Of a stretch of DNA of 64,000 nucleotides, positions 10,007 to 18,989 are shown piece after piece. The DNA lies in contig JAZRTY010000013.1 of NCBI GenBank assembly GCA_045652245.1, forward strand, positions 1,533 to 65,532. Direction: 5' to 3'. Both the position numbers and the translations under genes were made by a program. The DNA is from Eubacteriales bacterium (GTDB taxonomy: Bacteria > Bacillota > Clostridia > Oscillospirales > CAG-382). The notes under the pieces were generated by a model. It made no database searches. It was not told the DNA's origin and was given only the letters and a program-made list of their open reading frames with translations. Each line of letters begins with the position of its first letter. Within the stretch, counting starts at the first letter, position 1.

Positions 10007-12355
10007 ATGACGCTTGATAAACTGAAGGTCGGAGAAAGTGCAGTAATCACGCAAGTCGGTGGTGCGGGAATTTTGCGACGCCATTTTCTTGATATGGGAG
10101 TAATTCCGGGTAGCTGTGTAACACTTGTAAAGCTTGCACCGATGGGCGACCCGATGGAGCTTAAAATACACGGATATGAGCTTACTTTGCGTATGGATGA
10201 TGCGAAGAATATAGAGGTTTGTCCGACAACGCAAGAGCTTTCGGACACTACTCTTGCGTGTGATAAAAGTACAGCAAAAACACCTCATCCGGGACTTGGC
10301 GAAAGTGGAAAGTATCATACCAAAGCTGACGAAAATCCACTTCCGAAGGGAACGGTACTCAGTTTTGCCCTTGCAGGAAACCAGAACTGCGGTAAAACTA
10401 CGCTTTTCAATCAGCTTACAGGTTCAAATCAACATGTCGGAAATTTCCCCGGGGTTACCGTTGACAGAAAAAGCGGAGCAATAAAAGGGGAGAGCGATAC
10501 CCTTGTAACAGACCTGCCGGGTATTTATTCATTATCCCCCTTTTCAAGCGAAGAAATACTTTCAAGAAACTTTATTCTTGATGAAAAACCAACGGGAATT
10601 ATAAATATAGCAGACGCAAGTAATATAGAGAGAAACCTGTACCTTACCTTGCAGCTTATCGAACTTGATATGCCGATGGTGCTTGCACTTAATATGATGG
10701 ATGAGGTGAGGGGTAACGGCGGTTCTATTGATATCAACAAAATGGAAGCGCTGCTTGGAATACCTGTTGTTCCGATTTCGGCATCAAAAAACGAGGGTGT
10801 AGCAGAACTTGTAGAACACGCAATTCACGTTGCAAAATACAGAGAAAGACCGGGACGGGTTGATTTTTGTGACAGCTCAAACGGTGGTGGTGCCGTACAT
10901 AGATGCCTGCATGGTGTTATGCATCTTATTGAGGACCATGCGCAAAAGGCAGATATCCCGGTTCGATTTGCTGCAAGTAAGCTTGTCGAGGGCGATGAAC
11001 CGATACTTGAAGCACTGGAACTCAGCAAAAACGAAAAAGAAATGCTCGAGCATATTATCTGTCAGATGGAACAGGAAAGTGGACTTGACAGAGCTGCAGC
11101 TATTGCAGATATGAGATTTTCCTTTATAAAAGAACTGTGCCGTGAGACGGTTGTAAAACCACAGGAAAGCCGCGAGCATAAAATGAGCCGGAAAATCGAC
11201 AAGATTCTTACAGGAAAATATACTGCATTACCCGTATTTGTAATAATTATGGTGCTTGTTTTCCATCTCACCTTTAATGTTGTCGGAGCATACCTTCAGG
11301 GCTTGCTTGAAACAGGAATTGAGTACATAACAGGGCTTGTTGACAATGCGCTTTCGGTTTGGCAGATAAATGAGGTTCTTCATTCACTTATAATTGACGG
11401 AATATTCGGTGGTGTCGGAAGTGTACTGTCCTTTATTCCTCTTATTGTGACATTGTTCTTCTTCCTGTCTATGCTTGAGGACAGTGGATATATGGCAAGA
11501 ATAGCTTTTGTAACAGATAAGCTTCTGCGTAAAATCGGACTTTCCGGAAGAAGTATAGTTCCTATGCTTATAGGCTTCGGATGTACTGTACCGGGCGTTA
11601 TGGCAAGCAGAACACTTCCGTCTGAGAGAGACAGAAAGATGACAATTCTTCTGACCCCCTTTATGAGCTGTACGGCAAAGCTACCGATATACGGTTTCTT
11701 CGCAGCAGCGTTTTTCCCGAATCATACAGGAATTGTTATGATAGCACTATATCTTCTCGGTATAGCAGTAGGACTTCTTGTGGCACTTGTGTCAAAAAAT
11801 ACCGTTTTTAAAGGAGAGGCTGTTCCCTTTGTAATGGAGCTCCCGAATTATCGTATGCCTGTTGCAAGGAATGTGGCACATATACTCTGGGATAAGGCGA
11901 AGGATTTTCTTGAAAGAGCCTTTACGGTGATTTTTGTAGCGTCTGTCCTTGTCTGGTTTTTGCAGACCTTTGATTTCAGACTTAATATTGTACAGAATAC
12001 CGAAAACAGTATACTTGCAAGCTTTGCGGGAATCATAGCACCGATTTTCAAGCCCCTTGGCTTTGGCTCATGGCAAGCTGTAACTGCCCTGGTTGCCGGC
12101 TTTATGGCGAAAGAAAGTGTAGTTTCCACTCTAACTATACTTTTTGGCGAGTCAGGTGTATTATCCTTCCTTACTCCTGCGTCGGCAGCAGCGCTTCTTG
12201 TATTCTGCCTGCTTTATACCCCATGTGTTGCAGCTATAGCTGCTATAAAACGGGAACTTGGTACTAAATGGGCAGCCTTTATAGTGTTCTTCCAATGTGC
12301 GCTGGCGTATATTGTAGCGTATGTAGTTAAAATACTGTTTGTACTGTTTAGCTGA
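10007..12355 (+). CDS. feoB: fused FeoA-FeoB ferrous iron transporter
   Basis: Start moved to the ATG at 10007 (GGAGG lies 4 nt upstream). N-terminal FeoA SH3-like domain (VGESAVITQV...GDPMELKI), a roughly 50-aa linker, the G-domain GNQNCGKTT, then a polytopic permease. Confidence 0.9.
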   Translation: MTLDKLKVGESAVITQVGGAGILRRHFLDMGVIPGSCVTLVKLAPMGDPMELKIHGYELTLRMDDAKNIEVCPTTQELSDTTLACDKSTAKTPHPGLGESGKYHTKADENPLPKGTVLSFALAGNQNCGKTTLFNQLTGSNQHVGNFPGVTVDRKSGAIKGESDTLVTDLPGIYSLSPFSSEEILSRNFILDEKPTGIINIADASNIERNLYLTLQLIELDMPMVLALNMMDEVRGNGGSIDINKMEALLGIPVVPISASKNEGVAELVEHAIHVAKYRERPGRVDFCDSSNGGGAVHRCLHGVMHLIEDHAQKADIPVRFAASKLVEGDEPILEALELSKNEKEMLEHIICQMEQESGLDRAAAIADMRFSFIKELCRETVVKPQESREHKMSRKIDKILTGKYTALPVFVIIMVLVFHLTFNVVGAYLQGLLETGIEYITGLVDNALSVWQINEVLHSLIIDGIFGGVGSVLSFIPLIVTLFFFLSMLEDSGYMARIAFVTDKLLRKIGLSGRSIVPMLIGFGCTVPGVMASRTLPSERDRKMTILLTPFMSCTAKLPIYGFFAAAFFPNHTGIVMIALYLLGIAVGLLVALVSKNTVFKGEAVPFVMELPNYRMPVARNVAHILWDKAKDFLERAFTVIFVASVLVWFLQTFDFRLNIVQNTENSILASFAGIIAPIFKPLGFGSWQAVTALVAGFMAKESVVSTLTILFGESGVLSFLTPASAAALLVFCLLYTPCVAAIAAIKRELGTKWAAFIVFFQCALAYIVAYVVKILFVLFS

Positions 12356-12369
12356 TAGGATGATAGAAT

Positions 12370-13200
12370 ATGCTTGAATACAGCAAAGAAAAAGTAATTG
12401 AAAAAACATCGAAGAACCGAAACGGCAGTATTACTTTTTTTGATTCTGCCTCTTCGACAAACACATATCTGCGTGAAAATTCTTTAAATGGCAAAGCAAG
12501 TGTCGGAGATGTTGTAATTGCAGATACCCAGACAGGCGGCAGAGGCAGACTTGGTCGTAGCTTTTCTTCACCCCGTGGCGTCGGAATATATATGTCGTAT
12601 CTTTTTGGTGCAGGGAATGCCGATTTTGAGGAAATATCCACACTTACTGCACGATGCGCTGTTTCTGTAAGACAAGCAATACTCGAGTGTTGCAAGCTTG
12701 ACACAAAAATCAAATGGGTAAACGACCTTGTATATGACAGAAAAAAGCTTTGTGGGATACTTACCGAAATGTCAACTGTGGCAAATTGTGATGACGAAAA
12801 AAAGGTAATAATCGGAATCGGAATAAATGTTAATAACGAGCCATCTGATTTTCCCTGTGAGCTTTCGGATATTGCGACCTCAATAAAGATTATAATTGGT
12901 AAGGAAGTTGACAGAAGTTTGCTTTGTGCAAAAATTATTGAAAAGCTCGACAAGCTTCAGGCGGATTTTCCAAACAATAAAGGAGAATATCTTTCAAAGT
13001 ATCGGGAAAATTGTGCAATACTCGGACAAAGTGTAATAATCGAGAGAATGTCGGGAAAAAATGGCGAAAAAATTTCAAGAACCGGAGTAGTCAGAGGGAT
13101 TTCTGACAGTTTTGGTCTCGTTGTTGAGTTTGAGGGTGCCGGTCTTGAAACAATAACAGACGGTGACGTGAGTGTCAGAGGCTTTTATGGCGTAAAATAG
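12370..13200 (+). CDS. birA: biotin--[acetyl-CoA-carboxylase] ligase (no N-terminal HTH)
   Basis: 276 aa with the GRGRLGRSF biotin-binding loop and KWVNDL. Too short for a repressor domain. Confidence 0.85.
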   Translation: MLEYSKEKVIEKTSKNRNGSITFFDSASSTNTYLRENSLNGKASVGDVVIADTQTGGRGRLGRSFSSPRGVGIYMSYLFGAGNADFEEISTLTARCAVSVRQAILECCKLDTKIKWVNDLVYDRKKLCGILTEMSTVANCDDEKKVIIGIGINVNNEPSDFPCELSDIATSIKIIIGKEVDRSLLCAKIIEKLDKLQADFPNNKGEYLSKYRENCAILGQSVIIERMSGKNGEKISRTGVVRGISDSFGLVVEFEGAGLETITDGDVSVRGFYGVK

Positions 13201-13209
13201 TAAGTTTGG

Positions 13210-13238
13210 TCGGCAGGGAAAAACTTGCCGATTTTTCT
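13210..13238 (+). terminator. rho-independent terminator after birA
   Basis: TCGGCAG / CTTGCCGA stem followed by a T-run. Confidence 0.6.
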
Positions 13239-13339
13239 TATTAAAGTGAAATTTCTCTTGATATTCGAAAGATTTTATGATATAATATTCCAGGTAGCAA
13301 AATATATCTATACCAAATAATTTTTAAGGAGAATTCAGC

Positions 13340-13885
13340 ATGGGTATTATTATTCCGATTGTAGTTATTTTAGTTTTGGTTTTGTGGTTTGTCTCTACAC
13401 AGAGAAAACTTGTTGTTATGGACGAAAATATTAACAACGCAATGAGCCAGATTGGTGTTACGCTATCCTCTCGTTGGGATGCACTTACAGCGCTTCTTGA
13501 CCTTACAAAAGGATACGCAGAGCATGAATATAAGACAATATCCGATACAATCAAAATGCGTACATCTATAAACGGAAACAGCAGCGCATCTGACGTAAAT
13601 GCACAGGAAAATATGTTTACTCAGGCTATGGGCAAAATTATGGCGGTAGCCGAAAGCTATCCGGACCTGAAAGCAAACGAAAATTACATTAAGACAATGG
13701 ACAGTGTGAACGAATATGAAAATATGGTGAGAAAATCAAGACTCATCTATAACGACAGCGTAACAAAGCTTAACCGTGAAATAAGAATGTTCCCGACCTC
13801 AATTATTGCAGGAATATTGGGCTTTAAAATGCGTGACTATCTTAAAGAAGACGAGAAAAAGGCAGATATGCCAAGCATGAAATGA
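13340..13885 (+). CDS. lemA: LemA family membrane protein
   Basis: 181 aa: N-terminal TM helix plus LemA motifs (AESYPDLKANENY, RxxYNxxV). Adjacent to a DUF2207 gene, as is typical. Confidence 0.88.
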   Translation: MGIIIPIVVILVLVLWFVSTQRKLVVMDENINNAMSQIGVTLSSRWDALTALLDLTKGYAEHEYKTISDTIKMRTSINGNSSASDVNAQENMFTQAMGKIMAVAESYPDLKANENYIKTMDSVNEYENMVRKSRLIYNDSVTKLNREIRMFPTSIIAGILGFKMRDYLKEDEKKADMPSMK

Positions 13886-13895
13886 GGCTTATTTT

Positions 13896-15554
13896 ATGAG
13901 AAAAATCTCTAAAGCAATTGCTCAAGGCTTCTTTTTTGCTCTGCTTTTATCAACAACGGTTTTCGCAAATAATGTTTCGGATATAGATATTGACATTACC
14001 TTGCGTGATGATGGAAGCGCATATATCGTACAGGAATGGCAAGGCAGTTTTTCTGAGAAAACAGAGAATTATATTCCGATAAATACCGACGGTATTGAAA
14101 TTACAGATTATAAGGTATCAGACGAGGATGGGGAATATACACACGTCAAGGAGTGGGATATTGATGCCTCTTTTTCGCAAAAAGCGAGAAAATATGGTAT
14201 AAATCAAACTCACGGCGGAGTTGAGCTTTGCTTTGGTATTTCGGAATACGGGCAGAAGCATTACACGATTGAATATGTAGTGCAGGGCTTTGTAAAGTCA
14301 TATACAGACTATGACGGTACAAACTTTATGCTTGTAAATCCCGGTATGAGCACCTTCCCGAGTAATTGTACCGTAAGCATTTCTCTTGAAAACGGAATCT
14401 TGCTTTCACAGGAAAATTCAGCAATCTGGGCATTCGGCTTTGAGGGATATATTGAGTTCCGTAACGGTGAGGTTGTTGCATCCACAACACAGGCACTTCG
14501 TGATAATAACAGAGTAATAGTTATGCTCCGTCTTGATAAGGGTATAATTACACCTGTATATACCGAAGTCTTTTCCTTTGAGAATGTTATGAATAAGGCA
14601 TTTGAGGGCAGTGATTACGGCAAAGAAAAAGATAGTGTCTTTGTTTCGGTAGCGAAAATGTTTTTGTTTGCTCTTTTGTTTGTTGTAGTGATTGCACTTG
14701 TTATTATTTTTATAGTGAAAACTATAAAGAGAAAACGAGCAATACGAAAATTCTATTCTGAAGCCGATTATTACAGGGATATCCCCAATGGGGGTAACCT
14801 TAAAATGTCGCACTTCCTCTCTCAACGTTTTGATATAGGAGATAAGGATAGCTTAATTATTGGTGCAGTTATGCTGTCTATGATAAACAGAGGCGAAATT
14901 TCACCCCTGACAGAGGAATCGGTGGGATTTTTCGGTAACACAAAAGAATCTGTATCACTAAAGCTTATAAAAGAGCCTGAAGACAAGCTTTCCAAAAAGC
15001 TCTATGAGCTTATGCAAAAAGCAGCAGGTAAAGATGGCGTACTTCAGGAAAAGGAGCTTTCAAAATATACCTATAATCATCCACAGAAGCTTCGCAGCTT
15101 TATCGACTATGCAATAGAACGCGGAGAGGACGAGTTTTGTCTGCTTCCCGGATTTTTATCATATAGTGGCAATAAAATTTCTGACCTTACAGACATAGGA
15201 AAGAAAGAGCTTTCTGAAATAATGGGACTTAAAAAATACCTTGAAGAATTTTCGCTCATCTCGGAAAGAGGAGTAAAGGAAGCTGAAATCTGGCAGGAAT
15301 ATATGGTGTATGCCATGCTTTTCGGTATTGCCGATAAGGTAGAAAAACAACTACGTCAGGTTTACCCGGAAATGATTTCCGAGCTTGAAAGCTACGACAG
15401 AAATATTATTATCTGCCACAGCTACTATCACACAATGTACAGCTCATACACAAGGTCTGTGCAGCAAAGCAGAAGCAGCGGACTTGGTGGCTCAAGCTCA
15501 CTTGGTGGAGGAGGTGGCTTCTCCGGTGGTGGCTTCGGTGGAGGCTCGAGATAA
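13896..15554 (+). CDS. DUF2207 domain membrane protein with Gly-rich C-terminal tail
   Basis: 552 aa: signal/TM, extracellular domain, TM segments, and a tail GGSSSLGGGGGFSGGGFGGGSR. Classic LemA partner. Confidence 0.8.
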   Translation: MRKISKAIAQGFFFALLLSTTVFANNVSDIDIDITLRDDGSAYIVQEWQGSFSEKTENYIPINTDGIEITDYKVSDEDGEYTHVKEWDIDASFSQKARKYGINQTHGGVELCFGISEYGQKHYTIEYVVQGFVKSYTDYDGTNFMLVNPGMSTFPSNCTVSISLENGILLSQENSAIWAFGFEGYIEFRNGEVVASTTQALRDNNRVIVMLRLDKGIITPVYTEVFSFENVMNKAFEGSDYGKEKDSVFVSVAKMFLFALLFVVVIALVIIFIVKTIKRKRAIRKFYSEADYYRDIPNGGNLKMSHFLSQRFDIGDKDSLIIGAVMLSMINRGEISPLTEESVGFFGNTKESVSLKLIKEPEDKLSKKLYELMQKAAGKDGVLQEKELSKYTYNHPQKLRSFIDYAIERGEDEFCLLPGFLSYSGNKISDLTDIGKKELSEIMGLKKYLEEFSLISERGVKEAEIWQEYMVYAMLFGIADKVEKQLRQVYPEMISELESYDRNIIICHSYYHTMYSSYTRSVQQSRSSGLGGSSSLGGGGGFSGGGFGGGSR

Positions 15555-15730
15555 AATAATGTTTTTTGTCTCTGGCTTGACAAAATTATATGAAGATTGT
15601 CTAAATTTGTAGAAAAAAAGAAAAGTTTTGTGTCTTATTGTTTCGGGCGACACAACATTGAAGTTATAGTGTATTTAATAAATAAATATTAAATAAAATT
15701 AAAATTAAAATTAAGAGGAGAGAATTTAGT

Positions 15731-17080
15731 ATGTTATCAATTGTTTCATTATGTGGTATTGTAATAGGGTTATGTTTGTTGATTTTTTTAGCGTATAAGG
15801 GGCACTCTATTATTTGGGTTGCACCTGTATGTGCAGTTGTTGTGGCTGTCCTGGGAGGACTTCATGTTCTGGATACCTATCTTGGTGACTACATAAAAGG
15901 TGTGGCAGATTATATTATTTCTTGGTTCCCTGCATTTTTCTTAGGTGCAGTTTACGGAAAAATAATGGATATGACAGGTTCGGCACGGTCTCTTGCAAAC
16001 AAATTAGTTTCTATTATTGGTTCTAAGTTTGCTGTACTGGCAGTTATTATTCCTTGCCTTTTAATGACATATGGAGGAATATCTTTGTTTGTGGTTGTGT
16101 TTGTCATTTACCCAATGGGTTATGCAATATACCGTGAAGCAAATCTGCCGAGAACACTCCTTCCCGGAGCGATAGCATTTGGTGCCTTTGGAATTACTAT
16201 GACAGCTATACCGGGAACTCCGCAAATTCAAAATATCATACCTACTGAATATTATGGTACAACGGCAACAGCAGCACCTTTGATGGGAATTATAGCAGCG
16301 ATTTTGATTGCTGTGCCGGGATATTTATATCTGGAATGGCGTTGTCGTGATGCGCGCAAAAAGGGGCTGGGCTTTATCGAAGATGATAAGTTCACACAAA
16401 ATGTTACTGATGAATTTGAACAATCATCATGGCACTGGTTGAGCGGATTGTTACCGTTAATTGTTGTTGTGCTTATGTTAAATGTTTTACCATCTGTTTT
16501 GAAAAAGGCAGGAATTGCTGAATGGTCTACAAGCCAATCCATAGTGGTTGCACTTTTAGGTGGTATATTGGTAACTTGTCTTATGAATATAAAGCGGTTT
16601 AAAGTTCTTTTACCCGCGATTAATGAAGGGGCTAACGGTTCGTTAGTGGCAATTATGAATACTGCGTGTGCTGTAGGGTTTGGATCTGTTGTTAAAATAG
16701 TTCCTGGCTTTGCACTTCTCAAGAATGCTATGCTGAATATGCCCGGCAGCATACTCTTCTCCGAGGCAGTTGCTGTCAATGTGTTGGCAGGTGCAACCGG
16801 ATCTGCTTCCGGAGGAATGTCCATTGCACTTGAAGCTTTAGCTCCTCAGTATCTTGAAAAAGCGATGAGCATTGGTATGAATCCTGAACTATTACACAGA
16901 GTTGCATCATTAGCATCCGGTGGGTTAGATACTTTGCCGCATAATGGCGCAGTTTTGACTTTACTCGCAGTGTCCAATTGCAAACACAAGGAGTCATATA
17001 TAGATATTTGTGTTACTTCTTGCATTATTCCGGTTATCGTGTCGCTGTTATTGTCTTTTGCATGGGGATTGTTTATTTGA
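15731..17080 (+). CDS. GntP-family-like anion:H+ permease
   Basis: 449 aa, about 12 TM helices with a central hydrophilic loop. The family assignment is by overall architecture only. Confidence 0.55.
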   Translation: MLSIVSLCGIVIGLCLLIFLAYKGHSIIWVAPVCAVVVAVLGGLHVLDTYLGDYIKGVADYIISWFPAFFLGAVYGKIMDMTGSARSLANKLVSIIGSKFAVLAVIIPCLLMTYGGISLFVVVFVIYPMGYAIYREANLPRTLLPGAIAFGAFGITMTAIPGTPQIQNIIPTEYYGTTATAAPLMGIIAAILIAVPGYLYLEWRCRDARKKGLGFIEDDKFTQNVTDEFEQSSWHWLSGLLPLIVVVLMLNVLPSVLKKAGIAEWSTSQSIVVALLGGILVTCLMNIKRFKVLLPAINEGANGSLVAIMNTACAVGFGSVVKIVPGFALLKNAMLNMPGSILFSEAVAVNVLAGATGSASGGMSIALEALAPQYLEKAMSIGMNPELLHRVASLASGGLDTLPHNGAVLTLLAVSNCKHKESYIDICVTSCIIPVIVSLLLSFAWGLFI

Positions 17081-17247
17081 TTTTTCCTGATTTGATATAA
17101 GTTCCCCTTAAAAATTGGCTGCATCTAAACCGTCTGTACCGCATAGTGCGGTTGAGTATTAACCGAAGCGATATAAATTCCTGACGGAATTTTGAGCTGA
17201 TTCATCAAAAAAGGAATTATAAAATACAGACAAGGAGAAGAAAAACG

Positions 17248-17811
17248 GTGAAGGTAACATTACTTGGAGATTCTATAAGAATGATCGGTTACGGGAAATT
17301 AGTGCCGGAGCTTTTAGGAGACGGATATGAAGTTTATCAGCCGGAAGATAATTGTCGGTTTGCCAAATATACTCTCAGAGGTCTTTTTGAGTGGGAAAAA
17401 GCTATGGTTGGAAGCAGAATCGTTCATTGGAATAATGGCTTGTGGGATATATGTAATTTGTTTGGCGATGGTCCGTTCTCTACAGAGACGGAGTATATAA
17501 CAAATATACTCAGGGTTGCTGATATCTTGCTTTCGAGACACGAGAAGGTCATTTTTGCGACAACAACTCCTGTTACGGAAAGAAATATGTACGACAAAAA
17601 TCCGGTCATAGAAAGATACAATAAAATAATTGTACCGTTGCTTGAAGAAAAAGGAGTCATTATAAACGATCTTCACAGTACTGTAGCTAAGGATATAAAC
17701 CGCTATATAAGACAGGATGACAATATTCACCTGACCGATGCCGGTGCAGAAATCTGTGCAAAGCAGGTAACTGATATTATAAAAAAAGTAGCCGCAACTT
17801 TAGGTGATTAA
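17248..17811 (+). CDS. SGNH/GDSL hydrolase
   Basis: GTG start after AAGGAGAAG. N-terminal LLGDSI block I and a DxxH block near the C-terminus (DNIHLT). Confidence 0.75.
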   Translation: MKVTLLGDSIRMIGYGKLVPELLGDGYEVYQPEDNCRFAKYTLRGLFEWEKAMVGSRIVHWNNGLWDICNLFGDGPFSTETEYITNILRVADILLSRHEKVIFATTTPVTERNMYDKNPVIERYNKIIVPLLEEKGVIINDLHSTVAKDINRYIRQDDNIHLTDAGAEICAKQVTDIIKKVAATLGD

Positions 17812-17842
17812 AAACAGACGGTGAACTAAATGTACTGCGAAC

Positions 17843-17902
17843 GCTAAATTGCTTCGTACCTAAATTGACCTACGGTCAGCTTGAAGCGAATTTAGCTGTT
17901 TT
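17843..17902 (+). terminator. compound stem-loop / terminator after the SGNH gene
   Basis: GCTAAATTGCTTCG (17843-17856) pairs with GAAGCGAATTTAGC (17883-17896), enclosing an inner TGACC/GGTCA hairpin. Followed by TGTTTT. Confidence 0.45.
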
Positions 17903-18016
17903 GAAAAACAATTTAAATAATTTTCCATCTCTGACTTGACACGAGCAATCGAAAAAAGCCAGGCATTTTAACCAAACCGTACAGGTTTTGTATACAAATT
18001 AAAAGGAGCTTTATTT

Positions 18017-18976
18017 ATGAAAAAGAAACTAATCGGTATTTTTATCGCAACAGCGATACTGCTTTTGACCACCTCATGCTCTTTTGTGAAAATAGAGGTA
18101 GAGCAGGGGGAGGAAAAGGAGAATATTACCGATACTCAAAAGAAAGAGGAAACCCCCGATATTGTTGAAAATACTCCTGAGGAAACAGAAAAGGAGAAGG
18201 AGGAAATCCCACAAAAAGAAAGTGAAGAAAAAGGAGATTTTCTCTTTACAGCCTCCGATGGGACAAGGATTGCGCACGCTGTTGATGACAGCAACTACTA
18301 TGTTTTCACACGCAGCTTTGCAGGTACAGGCTTTGAACGGGAATACTACGGAATTATTGATATAGAAGGTAACGAGATAGTTGCACCGACCTACGAGCTT
18401 CTTGGTTGGTGTGACTGGCATGAGGTAATTTATGCAGAGCCCTTTCCTGAAGGCACTCCCGATGTAATTATAGACGATAATTATAGAATCTCACTCCACT
18501 ACGGACATGGCGCAGAGGGGGGAGGAATGTACCTGTATGAAAAGAGAACAGACAAGTATTTTGAGGTTTTCGGCTTCGGTGGTCTTGAATTTGTGCAGAT
18601 ACAGGACGTACCCGAAATGACACCTTATTATGTATATGATGATGAAACTTCGATAAATGAAGGTTACTACGAGTCGATGCTTGGCGAAATTCCTGCCTAT
18701 GAGAAAATACAGGAAGTTCTGTATAACTTCGGTGAAGGTGAATTTGAATTTATATCAGATAAGGGTGATACAGTAAGCCTTGGAATAATAAATTACGTTT
18801 ATCCGAATTTTGTAAACGGTTACTACATAGTAAGACGTGGCGATAAGTGGGGATATGTTGACGGACTCGGAAACGAGGCGTCGGAATTTATCTATGACGG
18901 TGCAAGTCAGGCAACAAGCGATGGCAGAGCCTGGGTTGAGCATGATGGATTGTGGAAGGTATTGAAGCTTAAATAG
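18017..18976 (+). CDS. lipoprotein with acidic linker and WG-repeat (KWG-type) domain
   Basis: Lipobox LLTTSC, an E/K-rich linker, and WGYVDGLGNE / WKV repeats. Confidence 0.7.
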   Translation: MKKKLIGIFIATAILLLTTSCSFVKIEVEQGEEKENITDTQKKEETPDIVENTPEETEKEKEEIPQKESEEKGDFLFTASDGTRIAHAVDDSNYYVFTRSFAGTGFEREYYGIIDIEGNEIVAPTYELLGWCDWHEVIYAEPFPEGTPDVIIDDNYRISLHYGHGAEGGGMYLYEKRTDKYFEVFGFGGLEFVQIQDVPEMTPYYVYDDETSINEGYYESMLGEIPAYEKIQEVLYNFGEGEFEFISDKGDTVSLGIINYVYPNFVNGYYIVRRGDKWGYVDGLGNEASEFIYDGASQATSDGRAWVEHDGLWKVLKLK

Positions 18977-18989
18977 CTGTAAAAGACAA

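Noticed and set aside
15555-17247. GntP-like permease (with the adjacent SGNH hydrolase gene) as a horizontally acquired islet, suggested by the AT-rich leader with aaaatt repeats and flanking small hairpins
   Set aside because: There are no integrase, direct repeats or tRNA. The compositional difference cannot be quantified reliably by eye.
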